Of a stretch of DNA of 64,000 nt, positions 55,206 through 64,000 are shown in pieces (the first letter of the stretch is position 1; every line of letters starts with the position of its first letter). This stretch comes from an uncultured Gammaproteobacteria bacterium (lineage in GTDB: Bacteria > Patescibacteriota > Patescibacteriia > UBA9570): NCBI GenBank assembly GCA_964385285.1, contig CAYLOJ010000001.1, positions 88,537-152,536 of the forward strand. Reading direction: 5' to 3'. The notes beneath the pieces are model-generated. The model saw only the letters and a list, made by a program, of their open reading frames with translations. It was not told the origin of the DNA and did no database searches. The position numbers were made by a program, and so were the translations under genes.

Positions 55206-57240
55206 AGGCAGCTTGCATAGCTTCTAAACAAATCTTTAAACCATCTTCAATTGTCATGCCCACTAATTCTGGAGCGCGCTCAGTAATCGTGCGATCAATG
55301 GCTTTTGCGAAACTTTTATCTTTGAATTTTTTCACTAGGCTTTTTAACTCCAAATTCCGAACATCCTTATCTGGGCGAACAGCCGTTGCGGCCATCACCA
55401 AACCCGTAGACTGCTCAAAACAATACATCACTTTTGACATTAGAGATTGGGGTTCCAGTTTATGCATTTTGCCATTATGTTCTTTGACTGCAGCCACGAT
55501 TAATGGATGAATCCCTTTTTTCTCCAACCACTCCGCACCTACTAACGAATGTTGTTCAGGAGTGACTTGCGTATAATCAATGTCGTGTAACAAACCAGTG
55601 ATTCCCCAAGCCTCTGGATTGGCAGCCTGAAAATGTTCAGCAAATTTCTGCATGATTATTTCCGTAGCCAACATATGGCGGCGCAATTGCGGATCCAACA
55701 CCTCTTGCTGCATCCATTCTAGTGCTGCCGCACGCGTTATACCTGGTTCAAACTGGGTTAATGACTGATCAGATCCCGTGGCACCGGGAGCCTGCTTAGG
55801 ACGCAATAATGGAAACATGACGCACTCTCGAATCGGCTTATCCATCAAGAATGAGAATAAGCGTTCACTAACTCCAAACCCTGATGTGGGTGGCATGCCG
55901 TATTCTAAAGCCTCCACAAAATCTTGATCATGCATTTGGGCCTCTTCGTCCCCCGCTGCTCGCATATCTGCCTGATGCTCAAAGCGTTCGGCTTGGTCGA
56001 TCGGATCATTCAACTCAGTGTAGCCGTTACCTAATTCACTCCCAGCAATAATCACCTGATAGCGCTCCACTAATTCTGGATTACTTTCCATGCGTTTAGC
56101 CAAGGGTGACACGGCTACAGGATGATTAATCAAAAAGACCGGCCCGGCAATCGTTTTACGACATTGTTTCCAGAGCAGATCAGTTAAACGACCACGGCCA
56201 ACTTCAGCATCGATTTTTAAGCCCAGGCTCAGACATTTCGCTTTTAATTCTGCATCCGTTGCGGTTAACACATTGATTCCTAATTGATCGTTAACAGCGG
56301 TCACATAATCTAACTTAGGCCAGGGTTGAGCAAAGTCCACTGCAAACCCTTTAATGGTGAACTGCAAGGTACCAAACGTAGCCTGAATGACCTGTTTATA
56401 AAGTCGTTCCACCAATTCCATCGTATCTTGATAATTGGCAAAGGCCCAATAAAATTCCATTTGGGTATAGTCTTGCAAATGTTCCGGACTAATACCCTCA
56501 TTACGAAATTGTCGACCAATTTCAAATGTCTTTTCAAACCCGCCTACCATTAAGCGTTTCTGCCATAATTCTCCCATGGAAATACGTAAGAAGAGATCAA
56601 TATCTAGGGCATTGTGATGCGTAACAAATGGTTTGGCGTCTGCTCCACCCGGCGTTGATTCTAAAACAGGGGTTTCCACTTCAAGAAATCCTTCTGCCAT
56701 TAAAAATTGTCTGATGCTATTCCAGAAGGTTGCTTTCTTTAAAAACATCTCACGCAATTCCGGTGACAACAACATATCAACATAACGCCGCCGATAGCGC
56801 TGCTCCTCATCTTGCAAGCCAAACCATTCAGCTGGCAGAGGCTGTACGGCTTTGGTCAACATACTGATACGTTCTACTAAAATGGATTGCTCACCTTTAT
56901 GTGTGACGAAGGGCTTGCCAACGATCTCAACAATATCACTCACATCAAAATAACGCAGGTCAGCGTAGCTTGGCTGCTGCAACTCTTCTTTGGATAGCGC
57001 AATTTGCATGCGCCCAGTACTATCTTCCAAATGCGCAAACGTCAATTTACCATGCTCACGCCATTGGCGGAGTCGCCCGGCTAACGTAACAGTGGTGTTA
57101 GTCAATTCCTCAAAGTGACGCAACACAGCACCCACAGTGTGCGTGCGGTGACTAGCAGAAGGATAGATGGGTCCGATATTGGCGCGGTAAGCTTTGGCTT
57201 TCTCAATGCGTCCGGACCGTTCGTCGTGCGATTCGGCCAT
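55192..57240 (-). CDS. lysS: Lysyl-tRNA synthetase (class II) fused to a C-terminal HD-domain
   Basis: OB anticodon domain, class II motif 2 (FRNEGIS) and motif 3 (GFGVSERL) occupy roughly the first 490 aa. A ~190-aa extension follows with an H...HD signature (AEHF ... GLLHDIDY). Confidence 0.8.
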   Translation of the reverse strand: MAESHDERSGRIEKAKAYRANIGPIYPSASHRTHTVGAVLRHFEELTNTTVTLAGRLRQWREHGKLTFAHLEDSTGRMQIALSKEELQQPSYADLRYFDVSDIVEIVGKPFVTHKGEQSILVERISMLTKAVQPLPAEWFGLQDEEQRYRRRYVDMLLSPELREMFLKKATFWNSIRQFLMAEGFLEVETPVLESTPGGADAKPFVTHHNALDIDLFLRISMGELWQKRLMVGGFEKTFEIGRQFRNEGISPEHLQDYTQMEFYWAFANYQDTMELVERLYKQVIQATFGTLQFTIKGFAVDFAQPWPKLDYVTAVNDQLGINVLTATDAELKAKCLSLGLKIDAEVGRGRLTDLLWKQCRKTIAGPVFLINHPVAVSPLAKRMESNPELVERYQVIIAGSELGNGYTELNDPIDQAERFEHQADMRAAGDEEAQMHDQDFVEALEYGMPPTSGFGVSERLFSFLMDKPIRECVMFPLLRPKQAPGATGSDQSLTQFEPGITRAAALEWMQQEVLDPQLRRHMLATEIIMQKFAEHFQAANPEAWGITGLLHDIDYTQVTPEQHSLVGAEWLEKKGIHPLIVAAVKEHNGKMHKLEPQSLMSKVMYCFEQSTGLVMAATAVRPDKDVRNLELKSLVKKFKDKSFAKAIDRTITERAPELVGMTIEDGLKICLEAMQAAYDRY

Positions 57241-57247
57241 AGCAGGA

Positions 57248-57715
57248 TTAGGATACCTTTTTCAAGGTGTAGATGACTGCTCCTTTAGGAACGTTTACAG
57301 TGACTTTGTCACCAGCTGAGTGCCCTAAAAATGCCTTACCTAAAGGTGACTCATTTGAAATTTTACCGTTCGCAGGATCAGCCTCATTTGAACCGACTAA
57401 ATCAAACTCGTGCGTTTTTCCAGCAGGATCAACAACCGTCATGTGCGAGCCAATAACAACAGTTTTGGAACCTTTAGCCTTGGTAATTACTTTAGCATTA
57501 CGTAGACTTTCTTCCAACTCTAATACTTTGGTTTCCATTAAGGCTTGTTCCTCTTTCGCGTCACTGTATTCTGCGTTTTCAGATAAATCACCCAACTCTT
57601 TAGCACTGGCAATGCGATGGGCAATTTCCTTACGCTTGGTGGTTTTGAGATACTCTAAATCGCTTTTGAGTTTCTCTAAACCTTCTGGTGTTACGTAGAT
57701 CTCTTTTTCTGTCAT
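57248..57715 (-). CDS. greA: Transcription elongation factor GreA
   Basis: MTEKEIYVTPEGLEKLKSDLEYL coiled-coil finger with acidic tip residues, plus an FKBP-like C-terminus. Confidence 0.85.
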   Translation of the reverse strand: MTEKEIYVTPEGLEKLKSDLEYLKTTKRKEIAHRIASAKELGDLSENAEYSDAKEEQALMETKVLELEESLRNAKVITKAKGSKTVVIGSHMTVVDPAGKTHEFDLVGSNEADPANGKISNESPLGKAFLGHSAGDKVTVNVPKGAVIYTLKKVS

Positions 57716-57737
57716 AATCCACAGTATTGTACTTTGG

Positions 57738-59720
57738 CTAGTCTGTACTGTCAATACTGTATTGGCTCAATACAGCTTTAGCTACTGGAACAGCCGCTTC
57801 GGTGCCATCACCACCCTCTTCGATTAAAATGGATAGCACTAACTTGGGCTCCTCATAAGGAGCAAACGTGGTATACCAAGAATGCTTCTTGCCAGACTCT
57901 CCAATTTCAGCTGTGCCCGTTTTTCCGGCAGAGCTATAGGGTAAACCGCCTAAGCTGCGAGCACTGCCGCTCAAGACTGCTTCGCGCATACCTGCTCGCA
58001 CAACTGCCAGGTTGCTGGCATCAACAATATTCGCTCTTTTAATGACTGGCTCGGTTGCAGTTACTACCTGGCCCGTCTGATCAGCAATATGGTCTACTAA
58101 TTCCGGCTCGTAGAGCGTACCGCCGTTGGCAACCACCATGGTATACAGCGCTACTTGCAGAGGTGTAACCAGTAAATCACCTTGACCAATAGACACATGA
58201 TAGGTGTCCCCTAAATACCAATCTTCACCCTTAACGGTTTCCTTCCAAGTTGGATTAGGTACAAATCCATCGGCCTCACCCGTCAAATCAATACCACTCG
58301 TTTCTCCCAGCCCAAATAACTGTGCATAATGATCAATCCGATCAATTCCTAAGCCACCATTTATCTCCCGTGCTTCTTTATCATAGGTACCACCCCCAGC
58401 TAAATAGAAATAGGTATTCACCGATTCTGCAATCGCTTTATAGATATTGGTAACACCATGTCCACCCGCTTTCCAATCTGGAAAATCTGGATAAGTAGAG
58501 CAGTTAATACACAAACCACCCGTACTACTTACAGTCGTGCTCGGTGTCACCACACCTTCTTGCAGCGCTGCTGACGCTACTACTAATTTAAATGTGGAGC
58601 CGGATGGATATTCGCCAGAGATCGCCTTATCAAAGAGTGGTTTGCGAACATCATTTAATAAACTAGCATACGTTTCAGAGGTGATCCCTTGAATAAACAG
58701 ATTAGGATCATAGCTTGGGTAACTGACAAGCGCCCTCACCTTACCAGTGCGTGGATCCAAGGCAACGGCCGCACCACCGGGTAACCCTCGTGCATCCACC
58801 ACTTTTTTGATTTCATCATATAACAGCTGCTGTAAATGACCGTCGATACTTAGCACAATATTGCCACCCGGTATGGCCTGCTCTTCAGCAATGGTATTTA
58901 ACGCGCGTCCACCTGCGGTCATCTCTTTGGCAATACTACCTTTCTGACCACGCAAGACATCTTCATAGGTGGATTCTAATCCAGTCTTACCGATATGATC
59001 TGAGAGGTCATAATCATCGGATAATTCATCCTCTAGATCTTCAGGGCTAATACGACCCAAGTATCCAATGATGGGAGCGTATAACTCTGGTTTTAAATAA
59101 TGACGAGCGGCTTGTGCCTCAATATGCACGCCCGGAACCGCTTTAAATTTTGCCATTAAATTAATAGCCTGGTCATGGGGAATAAATTCTTTCAGCACTA
59201 GCGGTTGATTGTAATATAACTCAGCATGTTCGGCGACATCCGACTGCAGTTGATCAAACGGTAACTCTAACGTTGTGGCGATGGTAGCCAACGTTTGCAT
59301 ATAGGCACTGTCTGGAGGATACGGCAGAGTTTTGGGAGGATCAGGCAACTCAGTTGGAATAACGGTGGCAATAAAGTTTGGCTCATTTTTCACTAATGCT
59401 TCGCCCTGAAGATCATAGATAATTCCACGTGCGGCTGGAATGGCTGTGATCTGCAAACGATTATCATCAGCCTGCGATCGGTAATCGGCACCATGAATAA
59501 TCTGTAAATAACCAGCTCTAGCCAGTAACACAAGGCAACCAAAGACCATGACCGTACCCAACCAACGCACACGCCAACTGGGAAGTGCGCTGGTTAAATA
59601 GGAAGTTGGAACCGATGGGTCGATGGGAGCTTTATCCAACACATGAGAGCTGTAGTAGGAACCCAGCTTACTATCTTTAATTCTAGAACCACCTTCCCAG
59701 GGATTAAACAAATCGCTCAT
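57738..59720 (-). CDS. mrdA: Penicillin-binding protein 2 (peptidoglycan D,D-transpeptidase)
   Basis: N-terminal transmembrane anchor, dimerisation domain, SxxK (STFK), SxN and KTG motifs. Located immediately downstream of mreD. Confidence 0.8.
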   Translation of the reverse strand: MSDLFNPWEGGSRIKDSKLGSYYSSHVLDKAPIDPSVPTSYLTSALPSWRVRWLGTVMVFGCLVLLARAGYLQIIHGADYRSQADDNRLQITAIPAARGIIYDLQGEALVKNEPNFIATVIPTELPDPPKTLPYPPDSAYMQTLATIATTLELPFDQLQSDVAEHAELYYNQPLVLKEFIPHDQAINLMAKFKAVPGVHIEAQAARHYLKPELYAPIIGYLGRISPEDLEDELSDDYDLSDHIGKTGLESTYEDVLRGQKGSIAKEMTAGGRALNTIAEEQAIPGGNIVLSIDGHLQQLLYDEIKKVVDARGLPGGAAVALDPRTGKVRALVSYPSYDPNLFIQGITSETYASLLNDVRKPLFDKAISGEYPSGSTFKLVVASAALQEGVVTPSTTVSSTGGLCINCSTYPDFPDWKAGGHGVTNIYKAIAESVNTYFYLAGGGTYDKEAREINGGLGIDRIDHYAQLFGLGETSGIDLTGEADGFVPNPTWKETVKGEDWYLGDTYHVSIGQGDLLVTPLQVALYTMVVANGGTLYEPELVDHIADQTGQVVTATEPVIKRANIVDASNLAVVRAGMREAVLSGSARSLGGLPYSSAGKTGTAEIGESGKKHSWYTTFAPYEEPKLVLSILIEEGGDGTEAAVPVAKAVLSQYSIDSTD

Positions 59721-60207
59721 AGCGTGAAGGTAGAATGCGTATAAAAATCGCTGCCAGTAGACTCATGATAATCCAGCCCGCTGGCCAATGCCACCAAGAA
59801 ACTTGCAGAATCACACTGGAAATTGCAGAGCTGCGTAGTGCCATGATTTGCCAAATCCAAAATGGAATAGTGGCTGCAATCAGGCCACCAAAAATTGCAA
59901 TTAACACTGATAGCGCGGAAGCTTGTTTTAACCAGGTAGTGTGAATCCATTGATCAACTACAACTAATACAATCAGTGAAATAGTCCACAGTCCAAAGGG
60001 GGCGGGGGCATAGCAATCCACTAATACACCCAAGACAAAGGCTAGGTAGACAGAGCGTGGCCATGGGAGCAAGTGCATGACGACTGCTATATAAATCCAA
60101 CTAGGGAAAAACCAAAAGGCCAACGGCTGAATTGACCACATCACCACTTCCGATACTAAGATAACACCTGCTCCCAGGATCAAGATGAACCATTGCCATG
60201 TCTTCAT
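59704..60207 (-). CDS. mreD: Rod shape-determining protein MreD
   Basis: 167-aa polytopic membrane protein between mreC and PBP2. Positional and topological call. Confidence 0.6.
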   Translation of the reverse strand: MKTWQWFILILGAGVILVSEVVMWSIQPLAFWFFPSWIYIAVVMHLLPWPRSVYLAFVLGVLVDCYAPAPFGLWTISLIVLVVVDQWIHTTWLKQASALSVLIAIFGGLIAATIPFWIWQIMALRSSAISSVILQVSWWHWPAGWIIMSLLAAIFIRILPSRYERFV

Positions 60208-61013
60208 ATCCCGGTCGGAATCACGATTGAAACAATCGCATTATTACCGTAGCGCACCATCGGACTAATCGTGGCAGTTTTAAATAAATCGCTCGGCTCA
60301 TCGGCGATTGCCTCGACAGTGCCTATGATTAATCCAGCAGGGATAAAATGATCTTGTCCATTAGTGACGATTAAATCCCCCACTGCGATCTGCTGTTCCT
60401 TCAAAATATATTGCATTAAAAGACTAGTGCCAAATTGACCAATCACAACTCCGCTTGTATGCGCTTCGGTTTGTGTACGACCTTGTACACTACTAGCATC
60501 ATTCGTTAGTAAGCCAACTTCACTATACGATTCATGTACGTTAGTGATGATGCCCAATAACATCCCCGGACCATAAATAACCGCGTAGCCAGGTTGCAGC
60601 CCATCGAGTTGACCGACGTTAATGTAGAGGGTTTGACCGACTGCACCAGTGCCAATTCGCGTAGTGATCTTGGCCGGCTGTAGCGTATAATCAGATTGTT
60701 GAGCAAAATCTAACTCCTCTTTATATTCCGTATATTGTTGAAGCTCCGTTTGCAACGCACTATTCTGTTGAACCACACTCGATAACTGATCTTTCAACGT
60801 GCGATTTTCGGCAAGTAACGTAGTATCTGTTGTACTATACAACGGACTAAAAGAATCGATTGTTGCATATGCCAAACTCATTGCCGGCTGTGCAGCTGTG
60901 CTGACCCAATGCTCAAATGGACGCAACCAACCGGCGTAATACAGCACAATCGCTGCGGCAATCAGCCCAAGCAGCACGGCGAGTTGGCGTGCTTGGTCCT
61001 GAAAGAACTTCAT
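60204..61013 (-). CDS. mreC: Rod shape-determining protein MreC
   Basis: N-terminal transmembrane helix, coiled coil, and beta-rich C-terminal domains. Follows mreB with a 4-bp overlap. Confidence 0.7.
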   Translation of the reverse strand: MKFFQDQARQLAVLLGLIAAAIVLYYAGWLRPFEHWVSTAAQPAMSLAYATIDSFSPLYSTTDTTLLAENRTLKDQLSSVVQQNSALQTELQQYTEYKEELDFAQQSDYTLQPAKITTRIGTGAVGQTLYINVGQLDGLQPGYAVIYGPGMLLGIITNVHESYSEVGLLTNDASSVQGRTQTEAHTSGVVIGQFGTSLLMQYILKEQQIAVGDLIVTNGQDHFIPAGLIIGTVEAIADEPSDLFKTATISPMVRYGNNAIVSIVIPTGI

Positions 61014-62050
61014 GAGCCACTAGTAAATAATATCGTTTTTTTGAGATTATCAAGATCTTCCAATACCACACCCGTTCCACGCGCCACAGCCGTCAATGGA
61101 TCGTCTACCACATGCACTGGGATATTGGTCTCTTGGCTAATCCGTTCATCTAATCGTTTTAACAAAGCACCGCCACCGGTAATCATAATCCCCCGTTCAT
61201 AGATATCCGCCACCAACTCCGGCGGAGTAGTTTCAATCGTACTACGAATGTTTTCAATAATCATGTTCACTGTACGATCCAAAGCGGCGCGCACATGACG
61301 ACTAGTAAAGCCAAGTTCTTTCGGCAAACCGGTAATCAAATCCCGCCCACGAATACGAATCTCCAACTCCTCTTCCAATGGCAAGGCTGAGCCTAATTGC
61401 ACTTTCGCACTTTCAGCTGTGCGTTCACCAATTAAGAGATTAAACTCATCGCGGCAAAAGTTGATGATGTCTTGATTTAAATCATCACCAGCGGTCCGCA
61501 ATGAACGCCAATTCACAACGCCACCTAATGCAATAATCGCCATTTCAGTGGTGCCACCGCCAATATCTACAATCATTGTTCCGGTTGACTCCTGAACAGG
61601 TAAACGTGAACCGATCGCAGCTGCCATAGGCTCTTCAATTAAGATCACCTCTTTAGCACCTGCATTTTTAGCCGCATCTTCAACTGCCTTGCGTTCAACT
61701 TCTGTTACCCCTAGCGGGATGGCGATTACAACACGTGGTCGCGGAAAAATCGAAAACGATTCACGATGGACTTTATCAATAAAGTGCTTCAACATTTTTT
61801 CTGTGACTTCAAAATCAGAAACTACCCCATTGACCAATGGGCGCGTCGCAACAATGTGTGCCGGTGTTTTTCCGACCATGTCTTTAGCATCTTGACCCAC
61901 TGCCAAAATCTGATCTGTAATCGTATTCACTGCAACGACGGACGGCTCATTAATAACAATCCCTTTGTCGCGCACGTACACCAATGTATTGGCCGTTCCG
62001 AGGTCAATACCGATATCTTTGGAAACACTACCGAAAAAACGATTAAACAT
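61010..62050 (-). CDS. mreB: Rod shape-determining protein MreB (actin homolog)
   Basis: GIDLGTANTLVYV phosphate-1 motif and the actin/HSP70 fold. Confidence 0.9.
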   Translation of the reverse strand: MFNRFFGSVSKDIGIDLGTANTLVYVRDKGIVINEPSVVAVNTITDQILAVGQDAKDMVGKTPAHIVATRPLVNGVVSDFEVTEKMLKHFIDKVHRESFSIFPRPRVVIAIPLGVTEVERKAVEDAAKNAGAKEVILIEEPMAAAIGSRLPVQESTGTMIVDIGGGTTEMAIIALGGVVNWRSLRTAGDDLNQDIINFCRDEFNLLIGERTAESAKVQLGSALPLEEELEIRIRGRDLITGLPKELGFTSRHVRAALDRTVNMIIENIRSTIETTPPELVADIYERGIMITGGGALLKRLDERISQETNIPVHVVDDPLTAVARGTGVVLEDLDNLKKTILFTSGS

Positions 62051-63269
62051 GAGTAGAGAGATAGTCGTCTAATGAAATTAATTTTGCAGTATCACTATTA
62101 CGCTGTTTCCACTCTAATTTACCCTCTGTCTTTTGACCGATCACTAAACGATCAGGTAAACCGAGTAAATCTGCATCTGCGAGCTTAACTCCTGCAGAGA
62201 CTGTACGATCATCGTAGAGTACAGAAATTCCAGCCTTTTGTAAAGCCTGGTAGACAGCATCCGCTTGAACACTATCCTTACTCAGATTCACTAAATGCGC
62301 TTGATACGGAGCAACAACAGTCGGCCAAATTATACCCTTATCGTCGTGATACACCTCCACAATCGTACCTAATAGACGAGTCAATCCCATTCCATAGCAT
62401 CCCATCACTGGAATCTGGTGTTGACCTTGATCATCCGTAAATGCCATTCCAAATGGTTCGGAAAACTTTGTCATCAATTTAAAGATGTTGCCCACCTCAA
62501 TCGCCTTTTCCGTCTTAAATTCGGATCGACCACAGCCAGGACAGTTTGGGGTCTCGGCTTTAATTTCATGATTGATTGCTAAACGACAATCCGTACAAAT
62601 GTAGATCGTATCTTCACCCGCTGCAGTCACCGTCTGAAACTCGTGCGAGTATTTTGAAAACACGCCACCCGAAGCGTAGGTCAGATAAGTAACATCGCCA
62701 AGACCAAGCCGCTCAAATACACGATGATACGCCGCCTTCACTGTTTCGTAGTATGTATCCAGATCTGCTTCCGTTGCATGAAATGAATACATATCTTTCA
62801 TCAAAAACTCGCGTCCACGTAATATTCCCGATTTAGGACGTAATTCCTTACGAAATTTAAATTGGAACTGGTAAACGGAACGTGGTAGATCTTTATAGGA
62901 TTGCACATATTGTTGCACCAGTGGAACGACGATTTCTTCGTGGGTCGGGCCAAGGGTGTATTCATGACCAGCTTCGTCTTTCAATTTATATAGAATGTCT
63001 TGCATGGTGTCCCAACGACCGGTACGCGCCCAATTCTCTTTGGGTTGCAGTGCCGGCATAGCCACTTCTTGACCACTCACAAGATCCATCTCTTCTCGAA
63101 TGATTGTCTGAATGTGATCAACCACCCGCTTCCCTAATGGCAACAACGTATACACGCCTGCCATCAACTTACTAATGTATCCGCCACGCACTAGCAATTG
63201 TGCATTAGCACTGGTTTCCTCTTGATTGATCTGCTTGCTCGTTTTAGTGAAAAGCTGAGATTGGCGCAT
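62043..63269 (-). CDS. proS: Prolyl-tRNA synthetase (short form without editing insertion)
   Basis: Class II motifs and MRQSQLF start. About 408 aa. The ORF track starts at 63293. Confidence 0.8.
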   Translation of the reverse strand: MRQSQLFTKTSKQINQEETSANAQLLVRGGYISKLMAGVYTLLPLGKRVVDHIQTIIREEMDLVSGQEVAMPALQPKENWARTGRWDTMQDILYKLKDEAGHEYTLGPTHEEIVVPLVQQYVQSYKDLPRSVYQFQFKFRKELRPKSGILRGREFLMKDMYSFHATEADLDTYYETVKAAYHRVFERLGLGDVTYLTYASGGVFSKYSHEFQTVTAAGEDTIYICTDCRLAINHEIKAETPNCPGCGRSEFKTEKAIEVGNIFKLMTKFSEPFGMAFTDDQGQHQIPVMGCYGMGLTRLLGTIVEVYHDDKGIIWPTVVAPYQAHLVNLSKDSVQADAVYQALQKAGISVLYDDRTVSAGVKLADADLLGLPDRLVIGQKTEGKLEWKQRNSDTAKLISLDDYLSTHV

Positions 63270-63306
63270 ACGCAAATGAATGATAATAAACAAACTTAAC
63301 TGAAAT

Positions 63307-64000
63307 TTAACTAACTAATCCGAGTACATCTTTAACCGTAACGGCCATGATAAATAGCAGAAAGATCACAAAACCGACATTGTGTACTAAGATCTGCCAA
63401 CGCATTGGGACTGGCCGTCGTATTACTGCCTCAATAACGACAAAAATTAACTTACCACCATCTAATGGTGGGAATGGCAAAAAATTAAAGATGGCTAGAT
63501 TTAGAGATAACAATGCAGCGAACTGCAAGACATAGACAAATCCCATTTGAGTGACACGATAAGTGTCTGTGGCAATTCCAACTGGACCTGCCACAGCTGA
63601 TGAGACATCCTGACCTTGAAATGCACTCACAACGATTCCTCCTAGTGCCTGAACGAGAGCCACGCTAAGATAACCGGTTTGCTTTACACCTTGCACAATC
63701 GCTAAACCAAAGGGTAATTTTACTCGACCAGTTTCCGCAAAATAGGCACCAATACCAGCGGAACCATCTGCTAACGGAATAGTACGCGTAGTGAGTTCTG
63801 TGGTGCCTGACTCATGTTGGACACTCAGTGTGACTTCTTGATCAGCCGCAACTGTCGTTAAGAGCGTTTTAATATCTGTAACTGTACGAACTGCGGTACC
63901 ATTAATTGCAAGGATCTGATCGCCAGACTGCAAGCCTGCGGCAGCCGCTGGTACCTCCGGAGCGATCTGTTCAACAATCACCGACTGATCAAAAATCGTG
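63307..64000 (-). CDS. rseP: RseP-type site-2 zinc metalloprotease, C-terminal part (gene continues beyond window end)
   Basis: PDZ domain (GLQSGDQILAINGT) followed by C-terminal transmembrane segments. The ORF is open to the window edge. Confidence 0.6.
   Translation of the reverse strand, partial: TIFDQSVIVEQIAPEVPAAAAGLQSGDQILAINGTAVRTVTDIKTLLTTVAADQEVTLSVQHESGTTELTTRTIPLADGSAGIGAYFAETGRVKLPFGLAIVQGVKQTGYLSVALVQALGGIVVSAFQGQDVSSAVAGPVGIATDTYRVTQMGFVYVLQFAALLSLNLAIFNFLPFPPLDGGKLIFVVIEAVIRRPVPMRWQILVHNVGFVIFLLFIMAVTVKDVLGLVS

Noticed and set aside
1-64000. CRISPR arrays, tRNA/rRNA genes, transposases, integrases, phage genes
   Set aside because: No spaced direct-repeat arrays, no cloverleaf-like conserved tRNA blocks in the few intergenic gaps over 100 bp, and no recognisable recombinase or phage structural motifs in any frame. 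Only the coding tandem duplication at about 48440-48930 qualifies as a repeat.

Overview
This 64-kb window is a gene-dense, roughly 45% GC bacterial chromosome segment made up mostly of housekeeping genes, with no rRNA, tRNA, CRISPR array, integrase or transposase recognised. The host genes almost never carry a Shine-Dalgarno motif, and several have sigma70-like promoters 7-9 nt upstream of the ATG.

Main contents:
- A complete de novo pyrimidine operon, carA-carB-pyrB-pyrC-(argH)-pyrD-pyrK-pyrE-pyrF, with a codA-like amidohydrolase and a sulfotransferase at its head.
- Six aminoacyl-tRNA-related genes: gatB, thrS, gltX, serS, lysS and proS.
- Replication and translation genes: dnaE, a priA-like gene, fmt, def, miaB, greA and rplY.
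- Cell-shape and cell-wall genes: mreBCD with PBP2, a RodA/FtsW-family gene, ftsQ/divIB, an M23 peptidase, a FemAB-family gene, DegT and several glycosyltransferases.

The most unusual signal is three sharply GC-rich segments (about 58-70% GC), each sitting exactly in an intergenic gap:
- ~12000-12262: a 55-aa ORF with a GGAGGA Shine-Dalgarno motif.
- ~19962-20462: an orphan CheY-like receiver domain.
- ~45700-49450: two Shine-Dalgarno-equipped genes, a signal-peptide protein that looks like an outer-membrane beta-barrel, and a 680-aa Cys/Asp-rich protein with MopE-type repeats, a MYXO-CTERM-like tail and an internal ~267-bp tandem duplication.

These segments look like Myxococcota-type foreign DNA with no mobility genes attached. 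Without read data, recent horizontal transfer, chimeric assembly and engineering cannot be told apart.

Other notable observations:
- A LysRS with a C-terminal HD-domain extension.
- A PriA-like protein with degenerate Walker A and DEEH motifs.
- A very AT-rich orphan gene wedged between pyrF and miaB.
- Two near-identical terminator hairpins 24.6 kb apart.
- A tandem-paralog plus glycosyltransferase locus that may be an envelope-polysaccharide module.

All calls come from reading the sequence and motif recognition by eye. No database searches were run, and some coordinates, especially starts, are approximate.
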